NCBI GenBank assembly: GCA_041559855.1
Contig: JBFFCR010000003.1
Coordinates: forward strand, 1-37,371
Direction of reading: 5' to 3'
DNA length: 37,371 bases
Source: Anaerolineae bacterium
GTDB lineage: Bacteria > Chloroflexota > Anaerolineae > JAAYZQ01
How positions within the stretch are numbered: the first letter of the stretch is position 1; the number at the start of each line of letters is the position of its first letter. Position numbers and translations under genes: made by a program. The notes beneath the pieces are model-generated. The model was not told the origin of the DNA, did not search any database, and saw only the letters and a program-made list of their open reading frames with translations. Of this stretch, positions 35,741-37,371 are shown in pieces.

Positions 35741-37371
35741 CTATGCCGTCGAACCGTGCTCAGTCCGGGCGATGATCTCATCTTGCACCTTCTTGTCCAG
35801 ACTGACAAAGTAGGCACTGTAGCCAGCCACCCTCACAATGAGATCGCGATGCTTTTCTGGATGCAGTTGGGCATCCAGCAGTGTGTCCTTATTGACAACG
35901 TTGAATTGCACATGCTTCCCACCGGCGCTGAAGTAGATCCTGATCAAGTCCGACAGTTTCTTCAGATCTTCGGTGGTCTTGAGGGCCGATGGATGGAATT
36001 TCATATTCAGCAATGTAGCCTGGAAGGGCGTCTGGTTTATTGTCATGGCGCTTCTGAGCAGGGCCGTAGGCCCATGAGTATCCTTACCCTGTGCCGCAGA
36101 TATGGTTCCATCTGCCAGAGTCTCACCGGCATATCTGCCGTCAGGGGTCGCACCGGTCAAGGCCCCCCCTGGCGCGTGTGCTGTGATCGAAATGCCCGTT
36201 GGTTTGTTCGTTCCGCCCCAAGCCGTAGGGAACGTGGCAGCCGTGTCCGCCCAAAACTGGTAGAGTTGCTTGGCTATCGAGTCAACATAGGGATCACCGT
36301 TTCCATATTTGGGCGCCGACAGGCACATCTTGCGGATGTCTTCGTGCCCGTTTCGCTGCCAATTCGCGTCGAGAGCGGCTTTCAGCTCCGTCTTGGTGAT
36401 CTGCTTCTCCTCAAAGACAAGCTTCTTCACCGCTGCCATAGAGTCAGCAACATTGATCATGCCGACGAGGTTCAGCGCTGAGCCATTCTCAAAAGGCATG
36501 ATACGATCCAGAGCATCTCTGCCCACCTTTATGGCGTCAACCATCAGCGCAGAATGAACAGGGTCAGGGAAGAGCTCGGTCTGTACCATCAAGAGAATGT
36601 TGTGCTCCTCTGCCGCCAGACCCATAAAGTAGGCAAGTTGCTCTCTGAATGCCTTCATAAAGTCATCAAAGGTCTCAAAGCTTTCAAACTCTCCAGTCTG
36701 TATCCCAAGTTGCGTACCGGTGCGCGGGTCAATACCGTTGCTCATGGTGATCTCGAAAACGCGCGGTACGATGAACATGCCAAAGGCATGAATGCGCGAT
36801 TTGCCCGGAATGTTGACATCAAGGCACCCGGCAAGCGCGTAGTCCCGCGCATCTCGCAGAGGTACGCCCTGGCCCACCAGGTATTCGATGTACGACTTGT
36901 CGCCGACGAATGCGGGCATACCGATGCCGGTCCTCACCACTTCGAGGGCTTTGAGCATGAGAGCTTCAGGAGTGCCCTCATGGACGCGCACCGTTATGGT
37001 GTGATGAGGCGTCTGGCAGTCCTTTGCGGCTTCTAGTATGAGATACGACAACTCGTTGGTGGCATCTTTGCCATCAGGCGTGATGCCGCCGATGACCCAG
37101 TTGTGCCACCTGGCCATCCCTGCCCACTTTTCCCGCTGTAGTTTGCCGCCTCCGACAAAGTTGTATTGCATGATCTTAATCCGAAGACACTCGAGTAATT
37201 CCAGTACCTCGTCGTCGCTGATTCTGCCCTCTTCCTTGTCCTTCTTGTAGAACGGGTACATGAGTTGGTCAAATCGGCCTCCTGGCGCAGTCCCACTGGC
37301 AATCATTATCCAGATAAACCAGAACGACTGCATCGCTTCGTGGAAGGTCCTTGCCGGGTTGCCTGGCACCC
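35741..37371 (-). CDS. Glycyl radical enzyme (PFL2/GD-like superfamily), 5' end outside window
   Basis: C-terminal RVAGYS glycyl loop, GRFDQ, PKYGN, ATPDGR, HVQFNVV, and Cys loop AGCLD. Confidence 0.93.
   Translation of the reverse strand, partial: VPGNPARTFHEAMQSFWFIWIMIASGTAPGGRFDQLMYPFYKKDKEEGRISDDEVLELLECLRIKIMQYNFVGGGKLQREKWAGMARWHNWVIGGITPDGKDATNELSYLILEAAKDCQTPHHTITVRVHEGTPEALMLKALEVVRTGIGMPAFVGDKSYIEYLVGQGVPLRDARDYALAGCLDVNIPGKSRIHAFGMFIVPRVFEITMSNGIDPRTGTQLGIQTGEFESFETFDDFMKAFREQLAYFMGLAAEEHNILLMVQTELFPDPVHSALMVDAIKVGRDALDRIMPFENGSALNLVGMINVADSMAAVKKLVFEEKQITKTELKAALDANWQRNGHEDIRKMCLSAPKYGNGDPYVDSIAKQLYQFWADTAATFPTAWGGTNKPTGISITAHAPGGALTGATPDGRYAGETLADGTISAAQGKDTHGPTALLRSAMTINQTPFQATLLNMKFHPSALKTTEDLKKLSDLIRIYFSAGGKHVQFNVVNKDTLLDAQLHPEKHRDLIVRVAGYSAYFVSLDKKVQDEIIARTEHGSTA

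Overview
GC-rich bacterial DNA, probably Chloroflexota/Anaerolineae (inferred from Pro/Thr linkers, VETVVVE repeats and a CTGAGCG-N-AG-N-CGAAG small repeat). Bases 1-33.3 kb are one co-oriented (+) signalling cluster. It holds seven full-length Hanks-type Ser/Thr receptor kinases (K1-K7) and two truncated kinase relics. It also holds five FHA proteins, three near-identical membrane-anchored vWA proteins (V1-V3) and a GH3 NagZ-like lipoprotein. The kinases share a nearly constant cytoplasmic kinase + TM chassis but carry different predicted extracellular tips (PD40 propeller, FGE/CLec x3, SH3-like, 14-blade WD40, vWA). The vWA proteins likewise have a constant N-terminus and variable, lower-GC C-termini. 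Mosaic paralogs, an orphan FGE tip and a repeated [partner][kinase-X][kinase-FGE] layout suggest a recombination-diversified receptor array. The cluster ends at a truncated integrase and a 3' tRNA-Pro(CGG) fragment (att site). Beyond that lies a lower-GC minus-strand block with a CapA-family gene and a glycyl radical enzyme (GCLD motif). No phosphatase, reverse transcriptase or DGR template repeat is visible. All domain calls are by eye, not from database searches.
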